From: Exiguobacterium mexicanum
Lineage (GTDB): Bacteria; Bacillota; Bacilli; Exiguobacteriales; Exiguobacteriaceae
NCBI RefSeq assembly: GCF_025234665.1
Contig: NZ_JANIEH010000005.1
Length of the DNA stretch: 32,000 bases
Direction: 5' to 3' (one strand)
Shown: piece after piece, positions 17,712-26,815 of the stretch
Layout: each line of letters begins with the position of its first letter
Numbering within the stretch: the first letter of the stretch is position 1
Translations under genes and position numbers: made by a program
Notes under the pieces: generated by a model
The model's database searches: none
What the model saw: the letters and a program-made list of their open reading frames with translations, nothing else
What the model was told of the DNA's origin: nothing

Positions 17712-18341
17712 TCACCCGTTCATATACCCTCTTTGCTTCATACTGACGTAATGGTCCTCCCCGATGATGACGTGATCGAGGCAAGCGATGCCGACGATAT
17801 GACCTGCCTCGACGAGACGCTCCGACACCTCGATGTCTTCCCGGCTCGGGGTCGCGTCCCCGCTCGGATGGTTATGGACGGCGATGAAACACGCCGCCGA
17901 CAGTTTAAGCGCCTCGCGAAACACGTCGCGCGGATGGACGATCGACGAATTGAGACCACCGACGAACAACGTCTTGCGGGCGATGAGCTGATTCTTCGTG
18001 TTCAAATACAGGCAGATGAAATGTTCCTGATTCAACAGCCGGAGCTCATCACGGAGCAGTTCATAGGCGTCCTGCGGCGAACGAATCGTCGGCGTCTCCA
18101 CTTTCGGTTCCTCGACATAACGGAGACCAATCGCGAACGCCGCGAGCAACTGCTCGGCTTTCTTCTTCGTCATGCCTTCGATTTGACAGAGGTCGCTCAC
18201 GGACGCCTGCGACAGCGCCCGGAGCGTCGGATATACGTCGGACAGCCGTCGGGCCGTCTCGTGCGGGTCGCCACCTCTGCCCCCGATTTGGAGCAGCCGG
18301 GCGATTGCGGATTCAACACTTCGGTCGAGCACCATGGTCAT
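17712..18341 (-). CDS. radC: RadC-like JAB-domain protein
   Basis: It has a helix-hairpin-helix N-terminal part and the JAMM motif HNHPSGDATPSREDIEVSERL. The likely start is ATG 18341 or 18335, after GGTGAAGGA. The track GTG at 18368 overlaps the maf stop. Confidence 0.9.
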   Translation of the reverse strand: MTMVLDRSVESAIARLLQIGGRGGDPHETARRLSDVYPTLRALSQASVSDLCQIEGMTKKKAEQLLAAFAIGLRYVEEPKVETPTIRSPQDAYELLRDELRLLNQEHFICLYLNTKNQLIARKTLFVGGLNSSIVHPRDVFREALKLSAACFIAVHNHPSGDATPSREDIEVSERLVEAGHIVGIACLDHVIIGEDHYVSMKQRGYMNG

Positions 18342-18364
18342 TCCTTCACCAACTTTCGCTTCAT

Positions 18365-18952
18365 TCACAGAAAGCGCGGCGATACCCCGTGTCGTCCGAG
18401 CGTCTCGACGAGCGGACGAATCGGCAGACCGACGACGTTATAAAAGTCGCCTTCGAGCCGTTCGACGAACAGACCGCCCGATCCTTGAATCCCGTAGGCC
18501 CCGGCCTTGTCATACGGCTCCGTCGAATCGAGATAGCCGTCTAGCCATGCGTCCGGGATATCGATGAACGTGACGTGCGTCGTCGTGACGAACAAGTCTT
18601 GCCGCTCGGGCCCGATGATGCTGACGCCGGTGAGCACTTCATGTGTCGCGCCCGATAAGCGTTGCAGCATGTCCCGCGCGTCGTCCCGGTCTTTCGGCTT
18701 CTCTAAAATCGTCCCGTCTAAGACGACGACCGTATCCGAGCCGATGACGACGGCGTCACGGTTGTCACGGGCGACGTCCATCGCTTTCTCGCGGGCGAGG
18801 CGTCCGACGTACTCGTCCGGGTGCTCCCGACCGTTCGTCCCTTCGATGACGTTCGAGGGGATGACCTCATGGGTGATCCCGGCCTGGGTCAACAGCTCGG
18901 TCCGCCGCGGCGACATCGAGGCGAGGATGACACGTTTCTGTGTTGGTTTCAT
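18365..18952 (-). CDS. maf: Maf-like nucleoside triphosphate pyrophosphatase
   Basis: MKPTQKRVILASMSPRRTELL...VIGSDTVVVLDG.ILEKP...YDKAGAYGIQG. SD GGAAGGAG lies before ATG 18952. The maf-radC-mreB order is as in Bacillus. Confidence 0.93.
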   Translation of the reverse strand: MKPTQKRVILASMSPRRTELLTQAGITHEVIPSNVIEGTNGREHPDEYVGRLAREKAMDVARDNRDAVVIGSDTVVVLDGTILEKPKDRDDARDMLQRLSGATHEVLTGVSIIGPERQDLFVTTTHVTFIDIPDAWLDGYLDSTEPYDKAGAYGIQGSGGLFVERLEGDFYNVVGLPIRPLVETLGRHGVSPRFL

Positions 18953-19055
18953 TGTAACGACTCCTTCCATATGTGCGTAACGGGCTTCTTTCCCGTATCA
19001 CACTTCACTGTTGATTGTAGGCAAACGGGCAGGCGTTTACAATCCGCGACGCCTC

Positions 19056-19085
19056 AAAAAAACGTCCCTCCTTTTCGAAGGGACG
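19056..19085 (-). terminator. rho-independent terminator ending the pilus operon
   Basis: The minus strand reads CGTCCCTTC-GAAAA-GGAGGGACG (9-bp stem) followed by T7, 6 nt after the pilO stop. Confidence 0.85.
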
Positions 19086-19091
19086 CTCGAA

Positions 19092-19799
19092 TCATGGTGT
19101 CGTATAGTCGTACACCGGGATGTCTTTCGGTGTGAACGTCTGGGCCGGTACGTACCGGTCCTCGACGAGTTGATCAAGGTCCGGGCGATAGAACGCGTCG
19201 AGTTCGACCGTGAAGTCGAGCGGCTCGGCCGTCTCGGTCGTGTTCGGTCCCGTCTCCGTCGGTCCGGTGAACTGGACCGTGCGCAAGATGTGAATCCGGT
19301 TCATCGACTCGACCGACTCGAGGAACAAGACGAGCGACTCGTACGTGTCCGCCTGGAGCGACACCGTCGAGCGGACCGATGAGGCGTTGACCGGCGTGAT
19401 TTCGACCGGTTCGGCCGGTTCAGCCGTCGCGCTCACATCGTTCGGTTCCGGCTCGTCGATGTCTTCCGGCACTTCCGATTCGGCGATGATGCCGTCAGCG
19501 AAGGCGATGCTCGTCACGCGGACGTCCGACAGTTGACTCGCCTGCGACAACGTCTCGACGACCGTGTCGAGCGCCGCCTCGGTCGGGACACGCGTCTGCA
19601 GGCGCTGGGAGTCGGCGACGTCGACGACGTCGCCTTCTTGGCGCAACAGTTCGAGCTTCGTCTGTTCGAGCGAAAGTTCCCGTTCGAGCGACTTGACGTT
19701 GCCTTGGTGGATGAAATACTGGTAACCGAAATAAGAAGGTACGGCGATGGCCGCAAACAAACAGATTGTGAAAATCAAATAAATCGTCGAGCGTTTCAT
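19092..19799 (-). CDS. pilO: PilO-like type IV pilus alignment protein
   Basis: 235 aa. It has an N-terminal TM segment (IYLIFTICLFAAIAVPSYFGY), a coiled coil (LERELSLEQTKLELLRQ) and then a LQTRVPTEAALDTVVETL-type PilO core. The start overlaps the pilMN stop (ATGA). It carries an acidic insert, EVPEDIDEPEPNDVSATAEPAEPVE. Confidence 0.7.
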   Translation of the reverse strand: MKRSTIYLIFTICLFAAIAVPSYFGYQYFIHQGNVKSLERELSLEQTKLELLRQEGDVVDVADSQRLQTRVPTEAALDTVVETLSQASQLSDVRVTSIAFADGIIAESEVPEDIDEPEPNDVSATAEPAEPVEITPVNASSVRSTVSLQADTYESLVLFLESVESMNRIHILRTVQFTGPTETGPNTTETAEPLDFTVELDAFYRPDLDQLVEDRYVPAQTFTPKDIPVYDYTTP

Positions 19800-21439
19800 T
19801 CGCTCACCACCTCCTCATCGGTCGTCTCTTCCGTCTCGCCGTCCGGGATCTCACCATCTGGGGTCTCCCCTTCCGGCGTCTCCGGTTCGGCATCGAGGAA
19901 CGTGAAGGTGAATTCGCCGATATAGCGCGGGAGCGGTTCGTCTGTCGAGTCGAGCACGCTCGGCGACAGCGTCGAATCCGTGTCAGTGTCCGTCTCTTCT
20001 TGTTCCGTCTCCGCTTTCGTCTCGGTCGTCACACCGAGCAGTTTGACGTTCTCAAACCGCACGTCGTTCAACAGCGAGCGTTGGAACACGTTCAAATCGG
20101 CGAGCGTCTCAAACTGCGTGCGCACGCTCATGAGCGAACCGTCGGCGTAGTTATACGTCAACACGTAGCCCGTCGGCGGCAATTGTTCCGTCAAGGCCCG
20201 CAGTGCTGGCACGGCCAATTTCTCTTCGGCCGAGAGCGCCGTCACCGTCTGGTCGAGCGACAGGACTTGCTGCCCCTTCGAGTTCACTTGCTCGGTCTGA
20301 TAGATGCGGACGAGCTGCAACTGTTCCTCAACCTGCGCCTCGTTCTGTTTCATCTCGTTCACTTCATAGAACAAGTACCCGGTCGCCCCGCCGCCAATCA
20401 AGAGCGCGAGCAAGCTCGCGATAATCGGCCACCGGAGTGTCACATCGGTCGAGTTGATGAAGTTGGCATCGTGTTCCTTGTCGAGCGTCGCCATGCCGAG
20501 GAGCGGCAACATCTGGTGCGACAACGGCGTCGCGTGCGAGAGCGGGAGCGGGTCGTCGATGCGTTTGACCGGCACCATCGCCTCGCTTTCAATCGTCCGG
20601 ACGAGGTCATCGAGGTTCGGGACCGTCCCCGAGACGAGCAACTCGTCAATCGGACGTCCGTCCGTCCGGAGCGAGTAGCGATAGAAGTCGAGGAAGCGAG
20701 CGAGTTCGTTCAACCACTCATCCGTCTGCGTCGCGAGCGTCTCCTTCGAGCCGCTATATGTATACGTAATGATTCCGTCCGTCGTCTCGGCGCGATACGG
20801 GAGGTCGGTCTCGATGGCCCGGATGAACCGGACTTGCCCTTCCTCAAGGACGAGCAACTGGTGCGCGAACGGTGTCACGTGCCAGAGGAGCGTCGATTTG
20901 AGCGGGTCGAGCGTCTCGAGTCGGCTCACGCCGTTCGCGATCGCGACCGGGCGTGGAACGATTTTCTTCAATTGGAACCCGCGTTTCTTCATGTAAGCGC
21001 GGATGGCTTTCGTCAAATCGACCGAGACGGCGTGGAGCATGACCTCGGTCTTCGTGTCCGTCTCGCCGAGCACCTCATAGTCGAAGGCGACGTCGTCGAA
21101 CGGTAAGATGATCGAGCTGCCGATTTCCATGAACAGATAGCCGCGGATCTCATCTTTCGGGATCGTCGATGGAATCTCGACTTTGCGGGACAACACTTCG
21201 GTCTCGGCCATGTCGACGGCACAGACCATCCCTTTTCGTACTTTCAGTTTACGGCACAGTTCATCAAAGGCGAGACCGAATGCGTTCTCGTCTTCGATGC
21301 GTCCTCCCGTATAGGCACCTTTCGCCAATTGGACGGAGGCGCTGCGTTTGAACACGCCCTGTTTAATCACGGCCCCGTGGATGCTGAGCGCATCGAACGA
21401 GAAATACGCGACCGTTCCTTTCTCTATAGACCGGCTCAT
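19796..21439 (-). CDS. pilMN: PilM-PilN fusion protein (actin-like ATPase fold + TM + PilN domain + acidic tail)
   Basis: 547 aa. Residues 1 to ~335 are PilM-like (ALSIHGAVIKQG..., EVLSRKVEIPSTIPKDEIRGYLFMEIGSSIILPFDDVAFDYEVLG). This is followed by the TM segment RWPIIASLLALLIGGGATGYLFY, a coiled coil with a PilN-like region, and a C-terminal tail ..DAEPETPEGETPDGEIPDGETEETTDEEVVSE. Confidence 0.8.
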   Translation of the reverse strand: MSRSIEKGTVAYFSFDALSIHGAVIKQGVFKRSASVQLAKGAYTGGRIEDENAFGLAFDELCRKLKVRKGMVCAVDMAETEVLSRKVEIPSTIPKDEIRGYLFMEIGSSIILPFDDVAFDYEVLGETDTKTEVMLHAVSVDLTKAIRAYMKKRGFQLKKIVPRPVAIANGVSRLETLDPLKSTLLWHVTPFAHQLLVLEEGQVRFIRAIETDLPYRAETTDGIITYTYSGSKETLATQTDEWLNELARFLDFYRYSLRTDGRPIDELLVSGTVPNLDDLVRTIESEAMVPVKRIDDPLPLSHATPLSHQMLPLLGMATLDKEHDANFINSTDVTLRWPIIASLLALLIGGGATGYLFYEVNEMKQNEAQVEEQLQLVRIYQTEQVNSKGQQVLSLDQTVTALSAEEKLAVPALRALTEQLPPTGYVLTYNYADGSLMSVRTQFETLADLNVFQRSLLNDVRFENVKLLGVTTETKAETEQEETDTDTDSTLSPSVLDSTDEPLPRYIGEFTFTFLDAEPETPEGETPDGEIPDGETEETTDEEVVSE

Positions 21440-21451
21440 GCTGGTTTCCCC

Positions 21452-22204
21452 CTACATCAAATCAAAATACCAATCAAAGAAGCGTTCGCTGAACCAAAAC
21501 GTCAGCATCGTGCCGAGTGCGATCGACGGCACGAATGGAATCGGTTGTTTGCGATCCATCCGTTTCAAGCCGATGAGCGTCAATCCGACGACCGCTCCAA
21601 TCAGGCTCGATAAAAAGAGTGCGACGAGAACGTCGCGCGGCCCGAGGACGAGCCCGATTACTGTAAATAGTTTGACATCGCCGGCCCCAAGTCCCCCCTT
21701 GGAGACGAAAAAAACGGTGGCGAGGACGGAAAAGCCGAGCGCCGCTCCAGCAATCGGGCTCCACCAGACGACGCCTGCACTATAGGCGAGCAAGAGGAGG
21801 ACCGGTGCCGTGAACATGAGAATCACGTTCGGCACGAGCATCGTCGACAAGTCCGACATCGCCAAAGCGAGGAGCGTCGATAAGAAGACGAAGGCGAGAA
21901 GCGTCGTGAGGCTAAAGCCATACAGCCAGAAACTGTAGGCGTAACCGACCGCTCCGAGCAGTTCGAAGAGCGGGTACGTCGGCGCGATCCGCCCGCCACA
22001 ACCGCGGCATTTCCCGCGCAGGAACACGTAACCGAAGACCGGAATCAGTTCCCAAGCCGATAGGACGTGTCCACATGACGGACAATGCGAGCGCGGCGTG
22101 ACGATGGACTGTTTGCGTGGCACGCGGAGCCCGACGACGTTCGTGAATGACGTGATGACGGCCCCGAGGACGAGGCTATAAATGAGTCCGATGAGTTCAA
22201 CCAA
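21452..22204 (-). CDS. pilD: prepilin peptidase / N-methyltransferase (A24 family)
   Basis: It has the zinc-binding pair CPSCGH...CRGCGG, polytopic TM segments, and catalytic Asp motifs (LAMSDLSTMLVPN and GGLGAGDVKLF). It uses a TTG start after AAGGAAG. Confidence 0.93.
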   Translation of the reverse strand: MVELIGLIYSLVLGAVITSFTNVVGLRVPRKQSIVTPRSHCPSCGHVLSAWELIPVFGYVFLRGKCRGCGGRIAPTYPLFELLGAVGYAYSFWLYGFSLTTLLAFVFLSTLLALAMSDLSTMLVPNVILMFTAPVLLLLAYSAGVVWWSPIAGAALGFSVLATVFFVSKGGLGAGDVKLFTVIGLVLGPRDVLVALFLSSLIGAVVGLTLIGLKRMDRKQPIPFVPSIALGTMLTFWFSERFFDWYFDLM

Positions 22205-22237
22205 TCGAGGTCACTTCCTTACTTGTAAGTATATGCC

Positions 22238-22284
22238 AAAAACAGAAAACCGGCTAGGCTGAGCGAGTGCCCAGCGCCAGCCGG
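22238..22284 (-). terminator. hairpin terminator/attenuator directly after the major pilin gene
   Basis: The minus strand reads CCGGCTGGCGCTG-GGCACTCGCT-CAGCCTAGCCGG followed by TTTTCTGTTTTT. It lies between pilA and pilD. Confidence 0.7.
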
Positions 22285-22293
22285 AAAAATTCA

Positions 22294-22752
22294 TTAATCT
22301 GCTAAATCACTAACTGCATCACGATTGACGGAAGCTTCTGCCAAGGGCTCTTCTTCACCAATCGCTTTTGAAGCGCCAATTAATTGAACAGTATAAGTAT
22401 ATTTACCACTCGTTTCATCAATAACAACTTGTGCAGTTCCATATCCACCATCACCAAATGGATCTTTCAATCCTTCAACATATTCAAGTCCATTTCCACC
22501 AGTTGTAAATACTAAAGTGTCATCGCCTGGGTTTGATGTAGTGTGAATTTTAGCCGCGCTCACCATCTGCTTCGCATCGGCAACCATCGCATCTTTACGT
22601 GAGTTCTCGATAATTCCACCAATCGCGACAACGGCGATGGCTGCGATAATCCCCAAGATAACGACGACGACGAGCAACTCGACGAGCGTGAGTCCGCGCT
22701 CATCTTTCAATTGTTTGGCATCTTGCCAAATCATTTTCATTTTCTCTAACAT
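22294..22752 (-). CDS. pilA: major type IV pilin (class III signal peptide)
   Basis: MLEKMKMIWQDAKQLKDERG|LTLVELLVVVVILGIIAAIAVVAIGG. It has the Gly(-1), Glu(+5) and hydrophobic alpha1-N helix of prepilins. At 152 aa it is followed by its own terminator, as expected for the abundantly expressed subunit. SD AAAGGGGAGA lies 7 nt before the ATG. Confidence 0.9.
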   Translation of the reverse strand: MLEKMKMIWQDAKQLKDERGLTLVELLVVVVILGIIAAIAVVAIGGIIENSRKDAMVADAKQMVSAAKIHTTSNPGDDTLVFTTGGNGLEYVEGLKDPFGDGGYGTAQVVIDETSGKYTYTVQLIGASKAIGEEEPLAEASVNRDAVSDLAD

Positions 22753-22766
22753 GATTCATTCTCCCC

Positions 22767-22796
22767 TTTTGTGTGTTGTGCTGTGTTGTGTGCTGC
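22767..22796 (-). repeat. CA-rich repeated 5' UTR element in front of the pilin SD
   Basis: The minus strand reads GCAGCACACAACACAGCACAACACACAAAA immediately 5' of GGGGAG. It consists of two ~12-nt units, GCACACAACACA and GCACAACACACA. Confidence 0.6.
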
Positions 22797-22894
22797 ATGC
22801 ATTACCTTAGACCTAATAAAAAGTAGAACAATTTTACTATACATTCAAAAAATAGGATTGAAAAGATACAAATCTGCAAATAAATAAAAAGTTT

Positions 22895-24112
22895 CTACTG
22901 ATTTTGGATATCGCCATAAATTTGGAACATCGGGACGACAATCGCGATGACGATGACGCCGACGATGCTCGCCAAGACGACAATCAACAGTGGCTCGATA
23001 ATCGATTTTAGGCGGTCTGTCGTCGTCTCGACCTCGGTCTCATAAAACTCCGCGACCTCGTTCAACATCGAGTCTAAATCCCCGCTCTCCTCGCCAACCG
23101 CAATCATTTGCGTCATGAGCGGCGGAAAGCTATCGTTCCGTTCGAGCGGTTCATGGAGTGGAATCCCTTGCGCCATCATCTTCCGTGCTTGGCCGAGTCC
23201 TTTACGGATGACCCGGTTTGAAACGATTTTCTCAGTAATTTCAATCGCCGACAAAATCGGGACAGCCGCTTGAAGCAAGACGGCCAAACTTCGCGTCAAT
23301 AACGCGATTTGCGACTTTAGGACGATTGGCCCAAAAATCGGCATCTTCAACAGCAATCCATCAATCACGTAGCGCTCCTTATCGCGTTTCAACATCCAGG
23401 TGAAGACGAGCAAGGCGAGGAGCGCCCCACCGAAGATGAGCCACCAATAGGCGGCGACGAAATCGGAGACGGCGACGACGATACGCGTGATGAGCGGGAG
23501 TTCCCCGCCGAGCTGTCCGAAGATGCTCGCGAATGTCGGGACGACGTTGACCATGAGGAACGCGACGACACCGATGGCGACAATCGAGACGACGAGCGGA
23601 TACGTCAACGCCGAGATGACTTTCCGTTTGACGTCATATTGTTTTTGGAGCTGGAGCCCGATTTGGTCGAGCGCCTCCTCCAAGTTCCCGCTCGCCTCAC
23701 CTGCGAGTGCCATCGAGCTAAAAAAGTTCGAGAACACGCGCGGATGTTTCTTGATCGCCTCCGAGAAGGCGATTCCTTCGCGTAAATCGTCCTCGACTTG
23801 GCTGAGCGTCTTCTTCAACACTTTCGATTCGGTCTGGACGCGCAAGATGGATGTGGCCCGAACGATTGGCACGCCGGCCCGGATGAGCGTCGCGAACTGA
23901 CGCACATACATAATCAAATGTTCAATCTTGACCCGCTCCGGGAGCAGGTTCACTTCTTTATTCAATCCGGTCGACTCGAGTTCAGCGAGCTCGGTGACGA
24001 GAATCGATTCTTGGCGAAGTTTTTCTTTCGCCTCCCGGAGCGAGACGGCGGTGACTCGCCCTTTCTTACGCTTTCCGTTCAGCAGTTTGCCTTCATATTG
24101 GAAGATGGCCAT
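22895..24112 (-). CDS. pilC: type IV pilus platform protein PilC (T2SS F family)
   Basis: 405 aa with two T2SSF repeats and three TM segments. The N-terminus is MAIFQYEGKLLNGKRKKGRVTA..., and the protein also has ..LTYPLVV.. and ..IEPLLIVVL... Confidence 0.93.
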   Translation of the reverse strand: MAIFQYEGKLLNGKRKKGRVTAVSLREAKEKLRQESILVTELAELESTGLNKEVNLLPERVKIEHLIMYVRQFATLIRAGVPIVRATSILRVQTESKVLKKTLSQVEDDLREGIAFSEAIKKHPRVFSNFFSSMALAGEASGNLEEALDQIGLQLQKQYDVKRKVISALTYPLVVSIVAIGVVAFLMVNVVPTFASIFGQLGGELPLITRIVVAVSDFVAAYWWLIFGGALLALLVFTWMLKRDKERYVIDGLLLKMPIFGPIVLKSQIALLTRSLAVLLQAAVPILSAIEITEKIVSNRVIRKGLGQARKMMAQGIPLHEPLERNDSFPPLMTQMIAVGEESGDLDSMLNEVAEFYETEVETTTDRLKSIIEPLLIVVLASIVGVIVIAIVVPMFQIYGDIQNQ

Positions 24113-24116
24113 TCAG

Positions 24117-25151
24117 TCACCTCTCTTCATTTGGTACGGCGTTCGGGTTGATGACTCCTTGACGGACGAGCTGTTCGATCGCCATGTCCATCGTCTGCAT
24201 CCCGTTCTGCCGGTTCGTCTGGATGACGGTCGGGAGTTGGAACTCCTTCTCGTTCCGAATCAAGTTGGCGACGGCCGGATTGCCAATCATAATCTCCATC
24301 GCGGCGACACGACCTTTCGGGACGTCGACGCGCGGGAAAAGACGCTGACTGACGACACCGAGCAGGACGTTGGCGAGCTGGGTCCGAATCTGGTCCTGTT
24401 GCTCGGCCGGGAACGCGTCGATAACACGGCTGACGGTCGACATCGCGCTCGACGTATGGAGCGTAGCCATGACGAGGTGCCCCGTCTCAGCGGCCGTCAT
24501 CGCCGTCGAAATTGTCTCGAGGTCACGCATCTCGCCGAGCAAGATGACGTCCGGGTCTTGCCGGAGCGCGGCCCGAAGACCGTCGACGAACTTCATGACG
24601 TCCGAGCCAATCTCGCGCTGGTCGACGATGCTCTGATCGTGCGAATGCAAATACTCAATCGGATCTTCGAGCGTGATAATGCGCTTGCGCTGCGTCCGGT
24701 TAATCTCATGAATCATCGCGGCGAGCGTCGTCGACTTCCCCGACCCCGTCGGTCCTGTGACGAGAATGAGGCCGTATGGCTTCTCAATCAACCGCTTTAA
24801 CACTTGCGGCAAATCGAGCTCGTTCATCGTCGGGATTTCCCCGGAAATGGACCGGAACGCGATCGCGACCGTGCCCCGTTGGTAATAGGCGTTGACGCGG
24901 AACCGCGACACGCGCGGGACCCCGAACGAGAAGTCGAGGTCACGCTGCATCTCGAGCCGGCCCCGCATCTCTTCGGTCATGATCTCTTTCAAATAACTCT
25001 CGATATGGAGCGGCAACACTTTCTCGTCACCCATCGTGATGAGGCTGCCGTCGACCCGAATAATCGGCGGCGAGCCGGCGGTCAAATGGATGTCCGAGGC
25101 GCGTTGTTCGACCGCTTTCGTTAAAATCACTTCAATCGACTGATGGATCAT
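24117..25151 (-). CDS. pilT: type IV pilus retraction ATPase PilT
   Basis: 344 aa, the short PilT form lacking a T2SSE_N domain. It has Walker A GPTGSGKSTT, Walker B/Asp box DPDVILLGEMRDLETI, His box TGHLVMATLHT, and the N-terminal ASDIHL motif. Confidence 0.93.
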   Translation of the reverse strand: MIHQSIEVILTKAVEQRASDIHLTAGSPPIIRVDGSLITMGDEKVLPLHIESYLKEIMTEEMRGRLEMQRDLDFSFGVPRVSRFRVNAYYQRGTVAIAFRSISGEIPTMNELDLPQVLKRLIEKPYGLILVTGPTGSGKSTTLAAMIHEINRTQRKRIITLEDPIEYLHSHDQSIVDQREIGSDVMKFVDGLRAALRQDPDVILLGEMRDLETISTAMTAAETGHLVMATLHTSSAMSTVSRVIDAFPAEQQDQIRTQLANVLLGVVSQRLFPRVDVPKGRVAAMEIMIGNPAVANLIRNEKEFQLPTVIQTNRQNGMQTMDMAIEQLVRQGVINPNAVPNEER

Positions 25152-25155
25152 AGGC

Positions 25156-26814
25156 TCACTCCGTTATCACTGTTCTCAATATTTCTTCGGTGTTCGTCAG
25201 TCCGAGTGCGACTTTCTCAAGTCCATCGGCGAGGAGGAAGCGGACGCCTTGTGCTCTCGCATAAGCGACCATTTCGGCCTCCGTCGCCTGGTTCATAATC
25301 AACCGGCGTAATCCTTCATCAATCGGCACGACCTCATGGATGGCGAGCCGTCCACGGTACCCCGTGAAGTTACACGAGGCGCAACCGTTGCCACGCATGA
25401 TCCTTTCAACGGGGACGCCTTCAGCAGCAAACAGTTCCTGTTCGCGTTTCGACACCGGCTGTTCGTGCCCGCAGTCCCGACAGACGCGACGGACGAGCCG
25501 CTGAGCGACAAGTCCGGACGTCGAGGCGGCGACGAGGAACGGTTCGACCCCCATATCAATCAAGCGGGTGATCGAGCTGATGGCCGAGTTCGTATGTAAC
25601 GTCGACAACACCAAGTGACCGGTCAATGACGCCCGGATGGCAATCTCGGCCGTCTCGGTGTCACGAATCTCCCCGACCATGACGATGTTCGGATCTTGTC
25701 GCAAAATCGAGCGCAGACCCGACGCGAACGTCAAGCCGACCTTGGTGTTTACCTGGACTTGGTTGATCCCGTCGAGCTGATACTCGACCGGATCTTCGAC
25801 CGTGATGATGTTCTTCGATTCATCGTTCAGTTCGCGTAGCGACGCATAGAGCGTCGACGACTTCCCTGATCCGGTCGGCCCGGTGATGAGGATAATCCCG
25901 TTCGGCCGTTTCAACATGTCGCGGTACACCGTCTCGTTCTGGTCGCCGAAGTCGAGTTTCGTCAAATCGGTCAACCCTTCCGAAGAATCGAGCACCCGGA
26001 TGACGATTTTTTCGCCATACATCGTCGGGAGCGTCGAGACGCGGAAGTCGTACGGGCGGCCCCGCAGCGTATATTTGATGCGTCCGTCCTGCGGCAAACG
26101 GCTCTCGGTGATGTCTAAGTTACTCATGACCTTGAGCCGTGTCAGCATGACGCTTTGAATCTTTCTCGGATAAATCGCCTCGGTCCGGAGGTCACCATCG
26201 ACCCGGAAACGAACGTACAACTGTTTCTCGTGCGGGTCAAAGTGGATATCTGAGGCGCGCTGGTCAATCGCGCTCAAGAAGAGCTGATTGACGAGCCGGA
26301 TGACCGGCGCGTCGTCGCGCGACGCCGTCTCTTCGCGCTCGAGTTCCGGCGCTTCTTCTTTTAAAATCTCGATGAGTGACGCGTCCATCTCGTAGTAGCG
26401 ACCAATCGTCTTGCGAATCTGTTCGCGCGTGGCGATCCCGACCTCGATGTTCATCCCGGTCTGGAGCCTGACGTCATCGATGGCAATCAAGTCGAGCGGG
26501 TCCGCCGTCGCGATGAACAGGGTGTTCCCTTGTAACGAAATCGGCATGATGTCATGTTTTTGGGCGATGACTTTCGGGACGAGTTTCGTCACGGTCACGT
26601 TGATGTCTTCTGAATATAATGAGATGACCGGCACGTTCAACTGTTCGTGCAACACTTGAATCAGTTGGGTCTCGGTCAAATAGTTCAAACGCATGAGCGC
26701 ATCCCCGAGCTTTTCCCCGGTCCGCTTTTGTGCGAGCGCTTCATCGAGCTGGGCTTGCGTGATGATTCCCGCCTCGACGAGCATCTCGCCGAGCCGTTTT
26801 TTCATTCTTCTCAA
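25156..26814 (-). CDS. pilB: type IV pilus extension ATPase PilB (GspE family)
   Basis: 552 aa. It has the N-terminal T2SSE_N domain (LGEMLVEAGIITQAQLDEALAQ), Walker A GPTGSGKSST, VMVGEIRDTETAEIAIRASLTGHLVLSTLHTN, and the tetracysteine motif CRDCGH...CASCNFTGYRGR. Confidence 0.95.
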   Translation of the reverse strand: MRRMKKRLGEMLVEAGIITQAQLDEALAQKRTGEKLGDALMRLNYLTETQLIQVLHEQLNVPVISLYSEDINVTVTKLVPKVIAQKHDIMPISLQGNTLFIATADPLDLIAIDDVRLQTGMNIEVGIATREQIRKTIGRYYEMDASLIEILKEEAPELEREETASRDDAPVIRLVNQLFLSAIDQRASDIHFDPHEKQLYVRFRVDGDLRTEAIYPRKIQSVMLTRLKVMSNLDITESRLPQDGRIKYTLRGRPYDFRVSTLPTMYGEKIVIRVLDSSEGLTDLTKLDFGDQNETVYRDMLKRPNGIILITGPTGSGKSSTLYASLRELNDESKNIITVEDPVEYQLDGINQVQVNTKVGLTFASGLRSILRQDPNIVMVGEIRDTETAEIAIRASLTGHLVLSTLHTNSAISSITRLIDMGVEPFLVAASTSGLVAQRLVRRVCRDCGHEQPVSKREQELFAAEGVPVERIMRGNGCASCNFTGYRGRLAIHEVVPIDEGLRRLIMNQATEAEMVAYARAQGVRFLLADGLEKVALGLTNTEEILRTVITE

Positions 26815-26815
26815 C

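Noticed and set aside
20000-21106. 368-aa plus-strand ORF, one of many long ORFs antisense to annotated genes (others include 23928-24800, 17733-18443, 6137-6874, 1810-2484, 13833-14498, 2947-3510, 8018-8521 and 9444-9938).
   Set aside because: Each lies entirely opposite a gene with strong family motifs. Their translations are Arg/Ser/Pro-rich low-complexity strings typical of the antisense frame of GC-rich coding DNA. None has a convincing SD.
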